Shown: positions 30,767 to 40,718, numbered from the stretch's first letter. The stretch: 64,000 bases of DNA from a bacterium (GCA_035353815.1 DAOQAG010000002.1:18130-82129); one strand, 5' to 3'. Notes: generated by a model from the sequence alone, not told the origin. Translations and numbers: made by a program.

Positions 30767-32702
30767 CACGCTCCGGGCCGGCCTCTTTGCCGGCGTTGCC
30801 GCCCTGCTCCTCTACTTCGCCGCTCCGGCCGGGGCCGAGGATCTCGGGCCGGTCTGGAAACCGCATATCACCCTGGACCGTTCGCCGCACCCCCGGCGGG
30901 CGGTCGACTGGTCGCGCGAGAGCATCTATCTGGTCCTGATCGATCGCTTCTGCAACGGCGACTCCATCAACGATGCCGGGTCTGCGCCAGCCAGCCTGTG
31001 CCGCTTCGACAGTGCCCGCGGCAATTGGGAAGCGCTCAAGTGTTACCAGGGGGGCGATCTCCAGGGCGTAATCGACAAGCTCGACTACCTGCAACAGCTC
31101 GGCATCACCACAATCTGGCTCTCCCCCGTCTTTGATAACAGCAACAGCGACTTTTCCGGCTGGTGGCCCTACCACGGCTATCACCCCATCGATTTTTTCA
31201 AGGTAGACGAGCATTTCGGCGGGATTGCGACGCTGCAGCGCCTCATCGCCCTTGCCCACAAACGCGGCATGAAAGTGCTGCTCGACATGATATTCAATCA
31301 TGTCGCGCCGGACCACCCCTGGGTAAAGGAGAGGGAGCTATGGGAGGGCGCGGGCTACCGCCACTGGTTCCACCCCCACAGCGGCAGGGACGCCTCCACC
31401 AGCATCCAGAACTGGCAGGACCAGAACCAACTGGAGACGCGCGAGCTGAACGGGCTGCCCGACCTCGCCCAGGAGAATCCCCATGTCTACGACTTTCTCC
31501 TCGATGTCGCCAAATACTGGATCGTCGAGAGCAATTGCGATGGCTTCCGTCTTGATGCGGTCAAGCACATCCCGCCCGCATTCTGGGCCCGCATCTGCCG
31601 GGATCTCCATGCCTTTGCCGGCCCCGATTTTCTCCTGCTCGGCGAGGTCTTCGCCGGCGAGACGCCTTATGTGGCCGGCTATCAGGATCTCGGTTTCAAT
31701 GCTCTCTTCGATATTCCCCTCTATTACACCCTCAACCGCGTCTTCGCCCAGGGCGGCAGCCTGCAGCTGCTCAGCCGCCAGATAACGTTCAATCGCCAGG
31801 ACTATCATGGCCTGCTGCTCTCGCCGGTCATCGACAATCATGACGTCGCCCGGTTCAGCTATTGGGCCGCCGACCATCCGCGCGAGAAAATGGCCGCCGC
31901 CCTGACCTTCGTCCTGACGCAGCACGGCCTGCCCATGCTCTATTACGGCAATGAGGTCGCCCTCGAGGGCGCCGCCCCGGTCAATGAACAGACCGGGGCG
32001 GGTCAGGATTACCTAAACCGCCTGCCCATGCCCTGGGGGCGTGTGACGGGCGCGGACCGGGCGCTCGTCGCCCATACCCGCCGCCTCCTCGACCTGCGCG
32101 CGCACCTGGCCGCCCTGCGCAGCAGCCACCTGATCGAGATCTATCAGGATTACGGGATCTATGCCTATCTCAAGTATCAGGAGCGTGAGGCGGTGCTGGT
32201 GGTGATCTCCAATTCCGCGGCAGTGGAGAGCCGCAAGATCCCCCTGCCCCGCGGTCTCTTCTCCGCACGCACGCGTTTTGCGGACCTGCTCTCGTCGCAG
32301 CGGCTCGCGACCGCCGGCGACAGCCTCGACCTGCGCCTGCAGCCCTGGGCGTCCCACCTCTTCCGCATCAAGGGGCGATGGCATCCCCGCGCGCTCGCGG
32401 GAATGGCGTGGGCCTGCCGTTTTACGCCGCGGCTGAGCGCCGATATGGCCTGGGTGAGCTTTCGCTATCAGGGCCTGGCGCGTTCTGTCGCTGTGGCCGG
32501 TGACTTTAACGGCTGGAGCGCCGCTGCGGATACCCTGGCGGCTGCAGGCCCGGATTCATGGCTCCTCCGCCTGCCGCTCAAGCGGGGCCGCTACCGCTAC
32601 AAGCTGGTCATTGATGGCAGCCGCTGGATGGCCGATCCGTCTGCAGCCGCATCGGAATTGGATCCCTACGGGGACCGGAATTCGCTGCTCACGGTGCCAT
32701 AA
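30648..32702 (+). CDS. GH13 alpha-amylase family glycoside hydrolase with C-terminal CBM48/E-set-like domain
   Basis: The GH13 conserved regions are 'DFFKVDEHFGG', 'GFRLDAVKHI', 'LLGEVF' and 'VIDNHDVARF'. A C-terminal glycogen-binding-like domain 'VAGDFNGWS...YRYKLVIDGSRWMADP' follows. The true start is unresolved (see findings). Confidence 0.78.
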   Translation: MLTGFWCCTRARCARWAPTPSCWPERESIIVSTSCNIRTSTLRAGLFAGVAALLLYFAAPAGAEDLGPVWKPHITLDRSPHPRRAVDWSRESIYLVLIDRFCNGDSINDAGSAPASLCRFDSARGNWEALKCYQGGDLQGVIDKLDYLQQLGITTIWLSPVFDNSNSDFSGWWPYHGYHPIDFFKVDEHFGGIATLQRLIALAHKRGMKVLLDMIFNHVAPDHPWVKERELWEGAGYRHWFHPHSGRDASTSIQNWQDQNQLETRELNGLPDLAQENPHVYDFLLDVAKYWIVESNCDGFRLDAVKHIPPAFWARICRDLHAFAGPDFLLLGEVFAGETPYVAGYQDLGFNALFDIPLYYTLNRVFAQGGSLQLLSRQITFNRQDYHGLLLSPVIDNHDVARFSYWAADHPREKMAAALTFVLTQHGLPMLYYGNEVALEGAAPVNEQTGAGQDYLNRLPMPWGRVTGADRALVAHTRRLLDLRAHLAALRSSHLIEIYQDYGIYAYLKYQEREAVLVVISNSAAVESRKIPLPRGLFSARTRFADLLSSQRLATAGDSLDLRLQPWASHLFRIKGRWHPRALAGMAWACRFTPRLSADMAWVSFRYQGLARSVAVAGDFNGWSAAADTLAAAGPDSWLLRLPLKRGRYRYKLVIDGSRWMADPSAAASELDPYGDRNSLLTVP

Positions 32703-32812
32703 AAAAAGGCCGGGTATCCCACCCGGCCTTTTGGCCTTTCGTTCTAAACTCCAATACTCCTGACACACAGGCCTGAAAAAGGCCAGGGCAGCCCGCAGCG
32801 GGGGCAGACAGG

Positions 32813-34531
32813 CTACCGCGCGGGAATCGTCTCCCCTGCAGTGCGTGTAAAGATCACCCTGCCATTCAAAATGGTAAAATCGACCTGTACCTCGGGAAGC
32901 CGCTCCGGGGGGATGGCAAAGATGTCCTCGGAGAGAACAATCAGATCGGCCAGATAGCCCTCCTTGAGACGTCCCTTGCTGGTTTCGTCAAAGGAGGCCC
33001 AGGCGCTGTTGCTGGTATAGCAGGCGACGGCTTCGGCGAGGCTGATCTTCTGCTCCGGGATCCAACCCTCGGGGTGCTGGCCGTCCAGGGTGCGGCGGGT
33101 GACCGCGGCATAGAGGCCCAGCAGCGGATTGAGGGGCGCGACGGACCAGTCGGTGCCGAAGCAGAGATGCACGCCCTGATCGAGCAGAGAGCGAAAGGGA
33201 TAGGCCTCATGGCTGCGCTCCTCGCCGATGCGCTTCCAGGCCCAGCGTCCGTCATCGATGGCATGGTAGGGCTGCATCGACGCGACGACGCCGAGGCGGG
33301 CAAAGCGCAGCAGGTCCTTGCGGGCGATGTGCTGGGCATGTTCGATGCGGAAGCGGCGGTCCCAGGCCGGATTTTCGCGGACGCAGCGTTCAAAGATGTC
33401 GAGCATGCGGCTGTTGGCGCTGTCGCCGATGGCGTGCACCGAGAGCTGCAGCTGCGCCTTGTCGGCTTCGAGGGCCCATTTTTCCAGCCTGCCGTCGAGG
33501 AGAATATCCATGGGCAGGCCGTGGTTGTTGGTGCCTTCATAGGGTGCAAAAAAGAGGGCGGTGGTCGAGCCGAGCGAGCCATCGGCAAAGGCCTTGAGGC
33601 TGCCGATGCGCAGCATGTCATTGCCGAAATGGGCGCGGAGGCCGGAGCCGGCGAGGAGCGGGTACTGGCTGATAGGCAGGCGGCCGTCGATGCGGAGGGT
33701 CAATTCGCCCGCCGCGAGCAGGGCCTGATAGGTGCGCAAATCCGCAGCGGAGCTGACATCCTGGATGCTGGTGACGCCACAGCGGCGTGCCAGATCCATC
33801 GCCGCGCGTGCGCCTTCGCGGCGTTCCGCCTCGCTGGTCTCCGGGATCACCGCATACACCGGGGTCATCGCCTCGTCCTTGAGCAGGCCGGTGGGTTCGC
33901 CTGTCGCCGGATCGCGGACGATCTCGCCGCCGGGAGGATCGGGAGTAGTGCGGTCGATGCCAGCCAGGCGCAGGGCGAGGGAATTGGCCAGCGCCATGTG
34001 GCCATCGAGGCGGTTGACGAAGACCGGGGTGTTCGGAGTTACGGCATCGATCAGGCTGCGGCGGGGTTCCCGGGCGCCGGGCCAGCTCTCGTGATCCCAG
34101 TCGCCGCCGGTGATCCAGCGGCCGGGATAGCGTTCCGCGTACGCCTTGATCCGCGCCACAAATTCCGCCTCGCTCCGGGCGGTGCGCAGCTCGATGCCGA
34201 GCAGCTGCAGGCCGCTGCTGAGGAAGTGGACGTGGTTGTCGATGAATCCCGGCAGGAGCACTCTGCCCGCAAGATCGATCACGCGGGTGTCCGGGCCGAT
34301 CAGGGCATCGATCTCCCGTCGGCTGCCCAGGGCGAGGATGCGGCCGTCACGGACCGCCAGCGCTTCCACCTCCGGTCGCTGCGCATCAACCGTCCAGATC
34401 CGGCCATTGCGGAAAACGAGATCAGCCGCTCCCGGCGTCTGCGCGCGGACGACTGCGGCTGCAAAACAGCATACCAGCGACAGGAGCAACAGGCAGCGGC
34501 TTCCATGCACGGCACAGTCCTGCAGAATCAT
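32813..34531 (-). CDS. Amidohydrolase family metallo-dependent hydrolase (Amidohydro_3-like), secreted
   Basis: Signal peptide 'MILQDCAVHGSRCLLLLSLVCCFAAAVVRAQ', 'GFIDNHVHF' metal-binding HxH motif, and TIM-barrel amidohydrolase length. Confidence 0.72.
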   Translation of the reverse strand: MILQDCAVHGSRCLLLLSLVCCFAAAVVRAQTPGAADLVFRNGRIWTVDAQRPEVEALAVRDGRILALGSRREIDALIGPDTRVIDLAGRVLLPGFIDNHVHFLSSGLQLLGIELRTARSEAEFVARIKAYAERYPGRWITGGDWDHESWPGAREPRRSLIDAVTPNTPVFVNRLDGHMALANSLALRLAGIDRTTPDPPGGEIVRDPATGEPTGLLKDEAMTPVYAVIPETSEAERREGARAAMDLARRCGVTSIQDVSSAADLRTYQALLAAGELTLRIDGRLPISQYPLLAGSGLRAHFGNDMLRIGSLKAFADGSLGSTTALFFAPYEGTNNHGLPMDILLDGRLEKWALEADKAQLQLSVHAIGDSANSRMLDIFERCVRENPAWDRRFRIEHAQHIARKDLLRFARLGVVASMQPYHAIDDGRWAWKRIGEERSHEAYPFRSLLDQGVHLCFGTDWSVAPLNPLLGLYAAVTRRTLDGQHPEGWIPEQKISLAEAVACYTSNSAWASFDETSKGRLKEGYLADLIVLSEDIFAIPPERLPEVQVDFTILNGRVIFTRTAGETIPAR

Positions 34532-34648
34532 GATTCCACCTCCGTAGGCTCGCATCCGGCCGCAGCGCCGGACCGGCCGGGTGAAATAAAAAAAGGGCGG
34601 ATCCAAAGGAACCGGCCCTTTCGTGTTAAAATAGGGAGAGCGGGAGGC

Positions 34649-34834
34649 CTACTCGACGCTGATCGCACCGGCAGGGCAATTATCCGCAGCATCCCGGGCG
34701 GCCGCTTCCAGATTGGCAGGCACATCTTCGACAATGGCAGCAGCCACATCGCCCTTCATTTCGTACAATTCAGGATGATCACCTGTACACAGTTCGCAGC
34801 TGGTGCAGAGATCGGGATCGACTTTGGTCTTCAT
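34649..34834 (-). CDS. Small single-cluster ferredoxin
   Basis: 'MKTKVDPDLCTSCELCTG...CPAGAI' has a CxxCxxC...CP ligand pattern and is about 61 aa from the internal ATG. Confidence 0.6.
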   Translation of the reverse strand: MKTKVDPDLCTSCELCTGDHPELYEMKGDVAAAIVEDVPANLEAAARDAADNCPAGAISVE

Positions 34835-35121
34835 TACATCCTCCATGGCATTTGTTTTCGCTGTCATCTACGGTACGCGCAAATGATCGGCGTAAATATA
34901 CAAACTCTGCCCAAACGAAACAAGCGTTTTATTTGGCCGCAGGGCCACACCCGGTGCGGAGGGCTTTTAACGGCGCAGACTTGCGGATGCGGCGCGCAGA
35001 ACCAACCGGAACAGGGCGCGTGGCACCCCCGAGAATCGCTACTGCGATATTTTGCTTGTTTCCTAATCCAAAAGGTGTAATTTAGGTAGGACAGAACGGA
35101 CCTCGCCGAGGAAACAGCGCC

Positions 35122-36369
35122 ATGATGAATTACGTCTGGTTTGCACTGGTAGCGATAGCCTTCGTAGTCGGAGCCGTCCAGGGGAATATTGAAGCGGTCA
35201 CTAAAGGCGCACTGGACTCCGCCAGCACCGCGGTGAATATCGCCATAGGTCTGATCGGCATCATGACCATGTGGTTGGGGATCATGAAGATCGCCGAGGA
35301 AGCGGGACTTGTGCGCATTCTCTCCCGGGCGATTAAACCTGTCAGCAAGCGGCTCTTCCCGGATATCCCCTCCGACCATCCGGCCATCGGCGCAATTGTG
35401 CTCAACATCTCCGCCAACTGGCTCGGCCTCAGCAACGCAGCGACGCCGATGGGACTCAAGGCTATGGAACAGCTGCAGAGCCTCAATCCCAAAAAGGAGT
35501 CCGCCAGCGATGCCATGATCACCTTTCTCGCCCTGAACACCGGCAGCATCACCCTCATCCCCATGACGGTGATTGCGGTTCGCGCCGGCCTGGGCTCGAC
35601 CAATCCGACCGAGATCATCGGTTCGACCATCTTTGCCTCCTGCCTGGCCACCCTCACCGGGGTGCTGGCCGCCAAGACCTTTATCACCCTCGATGCCGGC
35701 CGGAACCATTTCAAGGCCACCCTGCGCCGCTCCTGGCGGCCGCTGCTGATCATGGCCCTGGCCGTCGCCGCCGCAGCCGCCCTCGCCGCCGGCGGCGTCT
35801 TCTCCGCGCTCGCCGCCATCCTGCCTGCCAATGGCTTCCGTACCCTGGTCACCTTCATTTCCACCTGGGCCATTCCCTTTCTCCTCTTTTTCATTCCGCT
35901 CTTCGCCTTTATTAAAAAGATCAAGGTCTACGAGGTCTTTATCGATGGCGCCAAGGAGGGATTCCAGGTAGCCGTCCGCATCATCCCTTTCCTGGTCGCC
36001 ATTCTCGTGGCGATCGGCATGTTCCGCGCTTCCGGCGCCATGCAAACCTTTATCTACCTCCTGACCCCCTTGACCAATCTCATCGGCATGCCCGCGGAGG
36101 TCCTGCCCGCAGCGTTGATGCGCCCGTTGTCGGGGAGCGGCTCGCTCGGCATCATCACCGAACTGCTTAAAAATCATGGTCCGGACTCGCTCATCGGGCG
36201 CATGGCCTCGACCATCTATGGCTGCTCGGAGACCACCTTTTATGTGGTGGCGGTCTATTTCGGCTCCGTTCAGATCAAGAACATTCGCAGCTCGATCTGG
36301 GTGGGCCTGATTGCGGATCTCGCCGGGATTCTTGGTACCGTGTTCATCTGCCGCTATCTCTTTCTCTAG
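35122..36369 (+). CDS. Nucleoside-recognition (Gate) domain membrane protein, SpmA/SpmB-like fusion
   Basis: The polytopic membrane protein has two Gate-like halves ('ISANWLGLSNAATPMGLKAMEQL', 'SGSGSLGIITELL'). Confidence 0.55.
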   Translation: MMNYVWFALVAIAFVVGAVQGNIEAVTKGALDSASTAVNIAIGLIGIMTMWLGIMKIAEEAGLVRILSRAIKPVSKRLFPDIPSDHPAIGAIVLNISANWLGLSNAATPMGLKAMEQLQSLNPKKESASDAMITFLALNTGSITLIPMTVIAVRAGLGSTNPTEIIGSTIFASCLATLTGVLAAKTFITLDAGRNHFKATLRRSWRPLLIMALAVAAAAALAAGGVFSALAAILPANGFRTLVTFISTWAIPFLLFFIPLFAFIKKIKVYEVFIDGAKEGFQVAVRIIPFLVAILVAIGMFRASGAMQTFIYLLTPLTNLIGMPAEVLPAALMRPLSGSGSLGIITELLKNHGPDSLIGRMASTIYGCSETTFYVVAVYFGSVQIKNIRSSIWVGLIADLAGILGTVFICRYLFL

Positions 36370-36550
36370 TTGGGCCCGGCAGGCATCGGCCGCTGTCGTT
36401 TCGGCAGCGGGGGCATGACCAGCTACGGCCGCTCCCGCTTGCTGTGAAAAATGCTTTGCATTTTCACGTACAGGTTGTAACTTGCTACTGGTACACGACA
36501 GGGGGATCGTGCAAGAGATTTTTAAAGGGGTTTAGGGAAAACAGCATCTT

Positions 36551-37174
36551 ATGTATATTGTCATTGCGGTCATCATAGGCTTCATCGCCGCCATTCCTAT
36601 CGGTCCTATCAACGTTTACGCCATCACCCAGACCATGAAACGGGGCTTTTCGCATGGATTTCTGGCAGGCGTCACTTCCGCCGTGCTCGATGTTGTTTTT
36701 TGCTTCGTGGCCATCGCCGGCACCCACCATCTGACCACCCGGATTACCGAATTGCTTCCCTACATCAAGCTCTTCGGTGTGATCATCATCTTTTCCATTG
36801 CCGCCCGGCTTCTGCATCAGTCGCGGCATTTCACCCCTCTCAAGGCCAGTGACCAATCCAGGGTGACCACGGCGCCGCGCCCGATCATCGGCGCCCTGCT
36901 GCTCTACCTGACCAATCCCAGCCTGTATATGTTCTGGCTCGCGGTGGGTGGCACGATCACTGCCCACCACCTGGCCTCCCCCAGGGAGTGGAGCGGCCTG
37001 ATCTTCGCGGTCATGGCGGGTGTCGGCACAACGATCTGGTACCTTCTCCTTTGCCGCTACGTCGCCAAATATCATCACCAGTTCTCCTCTCGTACCTTCG
37101 CCAATATCCTGCGCATCACCGCCGGAATCCTCATCCTTCTTGCCCTCTATACCGCCATTACCCTGGTCGTCTGA
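36551..37174 (+). CDS. LysE/RhtB family amino-acid exporter
   Basis: About 200 aa with 6 TM helices; the N-terminal 'IGFIAAIPIGPINVYAI' motif is typical of the LysE superfamily. Confidence 0.62.
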   Translation: MYIVIAVIIGFIAAIPIGPINVYAITQTMKRGFSHGFLAGVTSAVLDVVFCFVAIAGTHHLTTRITELLPYIKLFGVIIIFSIAARLLHQSRHFTPLKASDQSRVTTAPRPIIGALLLYLTNPSLYMFWLAVGGTITAHHLASPREWSGLIFAVMAGVGTTIWYLLLCRYVAKYHHQFSSRTFANILRITAGILILLALYTAITLVV

Positions 37175-37372
37175 CCCTCCGGCGGGTGCAGCGCCGCGAT
37201 TTCTCAGGAACTGCAGGAGTGCATCCGCTCCGGCTTGAGCTCTTTGGGAGTGTTCATGGAGCCGTGCCACTTTTTTTTCAGGAATCATTTGACACCTTGA
37301 CCTGCATGGTGTATATTGAAGATGAAGGACAATTCCGACCAGGGTTTCATACTTGCGAAAGGAGGCCTCTTC

Positions 37373-38245
37373 ATGGCTGCCATAAAGCATTCCATGGGCT
37401 GGCTGCCCGATTATCCCGATTTCCGCGATTATACGACGGACCATGCCATCATCCACCCCATGCTGAAAAAGATCGGTTTGACGGGCAAGCGTAAGAAGAG
37501 TCTGCCCGCGGCCGTGGACCTGCGCGCCTGGTGTTCTCAGATCGAGGACCAGGGCGAACTGGGCTCCTGTACCGCCCAGGCCGGTGCGAGCATGGTGGAG
37601 TATTTTGCCCGCCGCACAATGGAACGCTACACCGATGTCTCCCGGCTCTTCCTCTACAAGGTCACCCGCAATCTCATGCGGCAAAAAGGCGACACCGGGG
37701 CCTTTATCCGCTCCACCATGGGCGCCCTGGTGCTTTTTGGCGTCCCGCCCGAGCTCTACTGGCCCTACAAAGAGAAGGATTTCGACAAGGAGCCCCCCGC
37801 CTTTTGCTATGCCTTTGCCCAGAATTATCAGGCGATCAGCTATTACCGCCTCGATGCAGCGGGCGCCAGCAAAGAGGAGGCGCTCGAGGCGATCAAAACC
37901 AACCTGGCGGCCGGCCTGCCGGCCATGTTTGGCTTCACCGTATTCAGCTCGATCTCTCAGGCCGGCGAGACCGGATTGATCCCCTATCCAACCGAGGGCG
38001 AAAGGATATTGGGAGGCCATGCCATTATGACGGTCGGTTACGACGACAAGCTTGAAATAGCTAACACCAATCCGGATGGACCCAAGTGCAAGGGGGCCTT
38101 CCTCATCCGCAACTCCTGGGGATCCGAATGGGGCGAGAAGGGCTACGGGTGGCTGCCCTACGATTATCTGCTCAAGGGGCTGGCGGTCGACTGGTGGTCG
38201 ATCCTGAAGAATGAGTGGGTTGAAACAGGACAATTCGAACCCTGA
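37373..38245 (+). CDS. Papain-like cysteine peptidase (C1 family), no signal peptide
   Basis: Catalytic Cys is in 'QGELGSCTAQAGASMVEYF', His in 'GGHAIMTVGYDD', and Asn in 'NSWGSEWGEKGYGWLPYDY'. An RBS 'aaggagg' precedes ATG 37373. Confidence 0.75.
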   Translation: MAAIKHSMGWLPDYPDFRDYTTDHAIIHPMLKKIGLTGKRKKSLPAAVDLRAWCSQIEDQGELGSCTAQAGASMVEYFARRTMERYTDVSRLFLYKVTRNLMRQKGDTGAFIRSTMGALVLFGVPPELYWPYKEKDFDKEPPAFCYAFAQNYQAISYYRLDAAGASKEEALEAIKTNLAAGLPAMFGFTVFSSISQAGETGLIPYPTEGERILGGHAIMTVGYDDKLEIANTNPDGPKCKGAFLIRNSWGSEWGEKGYGWLPYDYLLKGLAVDWWSILKNEWVETGQFEP

Positions 38246-38779
38246 ACCCGTGGTACCTGACCCGACGTGCCCTGTTAACAGCGGCACGGGCCGAAGGGGC
38301 CCGCAGCGGCTGGATGCACACCGGATGCAGGGCCACGCTCTTTGTTCTCCGGGAAAATTTTACTTGTATCGGTCTTTTTGTTTTTGTATACTAAAACGTT
38401 TTAAAAGGCCCTGCTGATAAACGATTGTGAAGATGCGCCGCGCCGCGGAACGGACCGGTCTGCATTCCTGGAACCCTCCTGTCCGCCGCGCCTCTCTTGC
38501 CTGCCCGAGCTTGAAGAATCATCCAAAAGAGAACCGCATTATTCGCAAGGCACCAGCCCGCAGGGCCGCACCGTACATTCCCATAGACCATCTGCAGCCT
38601 ATCGGCCGCAATCCGAATGGGCCACTCATCCGCATGCAGGGAAGGAGGTGACCGCCAAGCTCAAGGAGCGCACGGCAATGCAGGAATTTTCACCGGATAA
38701 CGCCATCCGTTATAGTGATGAGTCCTGGCATGTGTACGTTAACAATCCCTGAATGGTCTCACTAACAAGGAGAGTAAAA

Positions 38780-40609
38780 ATGCGCATCAGAGCACTTGTT
38801 ACGATTCTGGCCCTTGTGTTGCTCAGCACCTGGGCATTCGCCCAGGAGTATTCGGCCAGGGAATCCTTCGATTATCCCATCGGCGCCACCATCGATACCC
38901 TCATGGGTGCAGCAGCCAACGGCTGGCAGGGCGGTTGGTACAAGATCGTCGCCGCCGCGCCCAATGCCGCCATCGCTTCGGATGCCGGTCTGCCCTACGA
39001 TGATCTTAACTATGCTGTGCCCCATGCCGGCAACCACCTGGAGAGTGTCGGCATGGCCGCCGCCACAGAGCAACGCTGGGGCCGCCGTCTCGACAAGACC
39101 TGGCCATGCGTGGCTGGCAATGTCTACTGGATCAGTGTCATCATGGATATCAAGAATGCCGATGACAACGCCACCTGGATCGGTGTCAAATACTACGATG
39201 GCGACACCGGCGAACTGGGTATGTTCGGGAAGGGCCACGGCCTGGATAAATACACGGTCGGCAGCGGCTGGCATGGCAGCGCCGGCCCCGAGGTCTCCAA
39301 TGTCGCCTGGAATGCCGGTCCGGTCTGGCTGCTGGGCAAGACGGTCATGAAAGGTGTTGGCAATGCCGATTATGACACCACCTACATGTGGATCAATCCC
39401 GATCCGACCGCTGGCGAGCCGAGCACGACGACGGCCGATGCCGTCGCCAACACCAGCATGGAGAACGGCTTCAACACCATCCGTATCGAATTCGGCGGCA
39501 CGGTGGGCAATGGTTTGCAGGTGAGCTTTGACGAACTGCGCCTCGGCACCTCCTATGCGGCTGTTTCATCCGACATTTATCTGGTCCGCGAATCCTTTGA
39601 ATATCCCGTGGGTACCTCCATTGATGCGGGGATGGGCGCGGCGGGGAATGGCTGGCAGGATGCCTGGTATACCATTGTCGCTGCAGCGCCCAACGCTGCC
39701 CTGATCGCGGACACGGGCCTGCCCTACGATGATCTCAATTACATCATTCCCAACGTCGGCAATCATCTCGAAAGCGTGCCGACAGCCACCGCTACGGAAC
39801 AGCGCTGGGGCCGCCGCCTCGACAAAACCTGGCCGAATGTCGCCGGCACCGACTATTGGATCAGCTTTATCATGGATGTCAAGAACGCCACCGACAATGC
39901 CACCTGGCTCGGCATCAAGTATTATGATGGTGATACCGGTGAGCTGGGCATGTTCGGCAAAGGCCACGGCATGGACAAATACACCGTGGGCAGCGGCTGG
40001 CATGGCAGCGCCGGACCTGAGGTCTCGAGTGTCTCCTGGGATGCCGGCCCGGTCTGGATCGTGGGCAAAACCGTCATGAAGGGTGTCGGCAATGCCGACT
40101 ATGACACCACCTACATGTGGATCAATCCCGATCCGTCCGCCGGACAGCCGGCGGTCGCCACCGCCGACGCTGTTGCCAATACCAGCATGGAAGCCGGTTT
40201 CAATACGGTCCGCATCGAGTTCGGCGGCACCGTGGGTGATGGCCTCCAGACAGGTTTTGACGAACTGCGCATGGGCACCAGCTGGGGTGATGTCGCCACG
40301 CCGCTGCTCGCCACGGCCGTGGAATCGCGGCCTGAAGCTGCTCCGGAAACCTACAGACTCTCCCAGAATTATCCCAATCCCTTCAACCCGAGCACCTCGA
40401 TCAACTATACGCTCCGGGCCAGCGGCAAGATTCATCTCGCCGTCTATGACCGGACCGGCCGTGAGGTAGCGGTCCTCGTCGACCAGTATCAGAATGCCGG
40501 CGAGCATGTCGCCCGCTTCACGCCGAACAACCTGCCCAGCGGAGTCTATATCTACAAGCTCCAAACGGCAGACCAGATCTTCAGCAACAAGATGGTATTG
40601 GTCAAGTAA
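38780..40609 (+). CDS. T9SS cargo protein: two tandem ~255-aa jelly-roll/LamG-like repeats + Por_Secre_tail C-terminal sorting domain
   Basis: Signal peptide, then two about 80%-identical repeats (approx. aa 30-285 and 285-540). The C-terminus 'LSQNYPNPFNPSTSINYTL...GVYIYKL' is a type-A T9SS CTD. Confidence 0.7.
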   Translation: MRIRALVTILALVLLSTWAFAQEYSARESFDYPIGATIDTLMGAAANGWQGGWYKIVAAAPNAAIASDAGLPYDDLNYAVPHAGNHLESVGMAAATEQRWGRRLDKTWPCVAGNVYWISVIMDIKNADDNATWIGVKYYDGDTGELGMFGKGHGLDKYTVGSGWHGSAGPEVSNVAWNAGPVWLLGKTVMKGVGNADYDTTYMWINPDPTAGEPSTTTADAVANTSMENGFNTIRIEFGGTVGNGLQVSFDELRLGTSYAAVSSDIYLVRESFEYPVGTSIDAGMGAAGNGWQDAWYTIVAAAPNAALIADTGLPYDDLNYIIPNVGNHLESVPTATATEQRWGRRLDKTWPNVAGTDYWISFIMDVKNATDNATWLGIKYYDGDTGELGMFGKGHGMDKYTVGSGWHGSAGPEVSSVSWDAGPVWIVGKTVMKGVGNADYDTTYMWINPDPSAGQPAVATADAVANTSMEAGFNTVRIEFGGTVGDGLQTGFDELRMGTSWGDVATPLLATAVESRPEAAPETYRLSQNYPNPFNPSTSINYTLRASGKIHLAVYDRTGREVAVLVDQYQNAGEHVARFTPNNLPSGVYIYKLQTADQIFSNKMVLVK

Positions 40610-40718
40610 ACGCTTTAAAAACAAGCCGGCAGTAGTTGACTGCCGGCTTGTTTTTTGTTGGCCGGATCGCCGGGCATTCCGCTGCACGTCTCCTCCGGCT
40701 TGTTCATTGACAGTGGTA

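Noticed and set aside
34980-35060. Possible sigma-54 promoter ('tggcacccccgagaatcgct') between the ferredoxin and Gate-domain genes
   Set aside because: The -24 GG element is present, but no TTGC(W) lies at the required 4-5 nt spacing for the -12 element.
33074-35080. 668-aa plus-strand ORF spanning the amidohydrolase and ferredoxin genes in antisense
   Set aside because: It crosses two well-supported minus-strand genes and an intergenic region. Composition is Ala/Gly/Arg-rich and random-like.
36485-38287. 600-aa minus-strand ORF antisense to the LysE and C1 peptidase genes
   Set aside because: No motifs. The opposite strand has a clear papain catalytic triad and an RBS.
38427-38651. 74-aa Arg-rich ORF in the 0.5-kb intergenic region upstream of the T9SS cargo gene
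   Set aside because: No RBS, extreme Arg/Pro bias, and no partner genes. It is more likely untranslated leader or promoter DNA.
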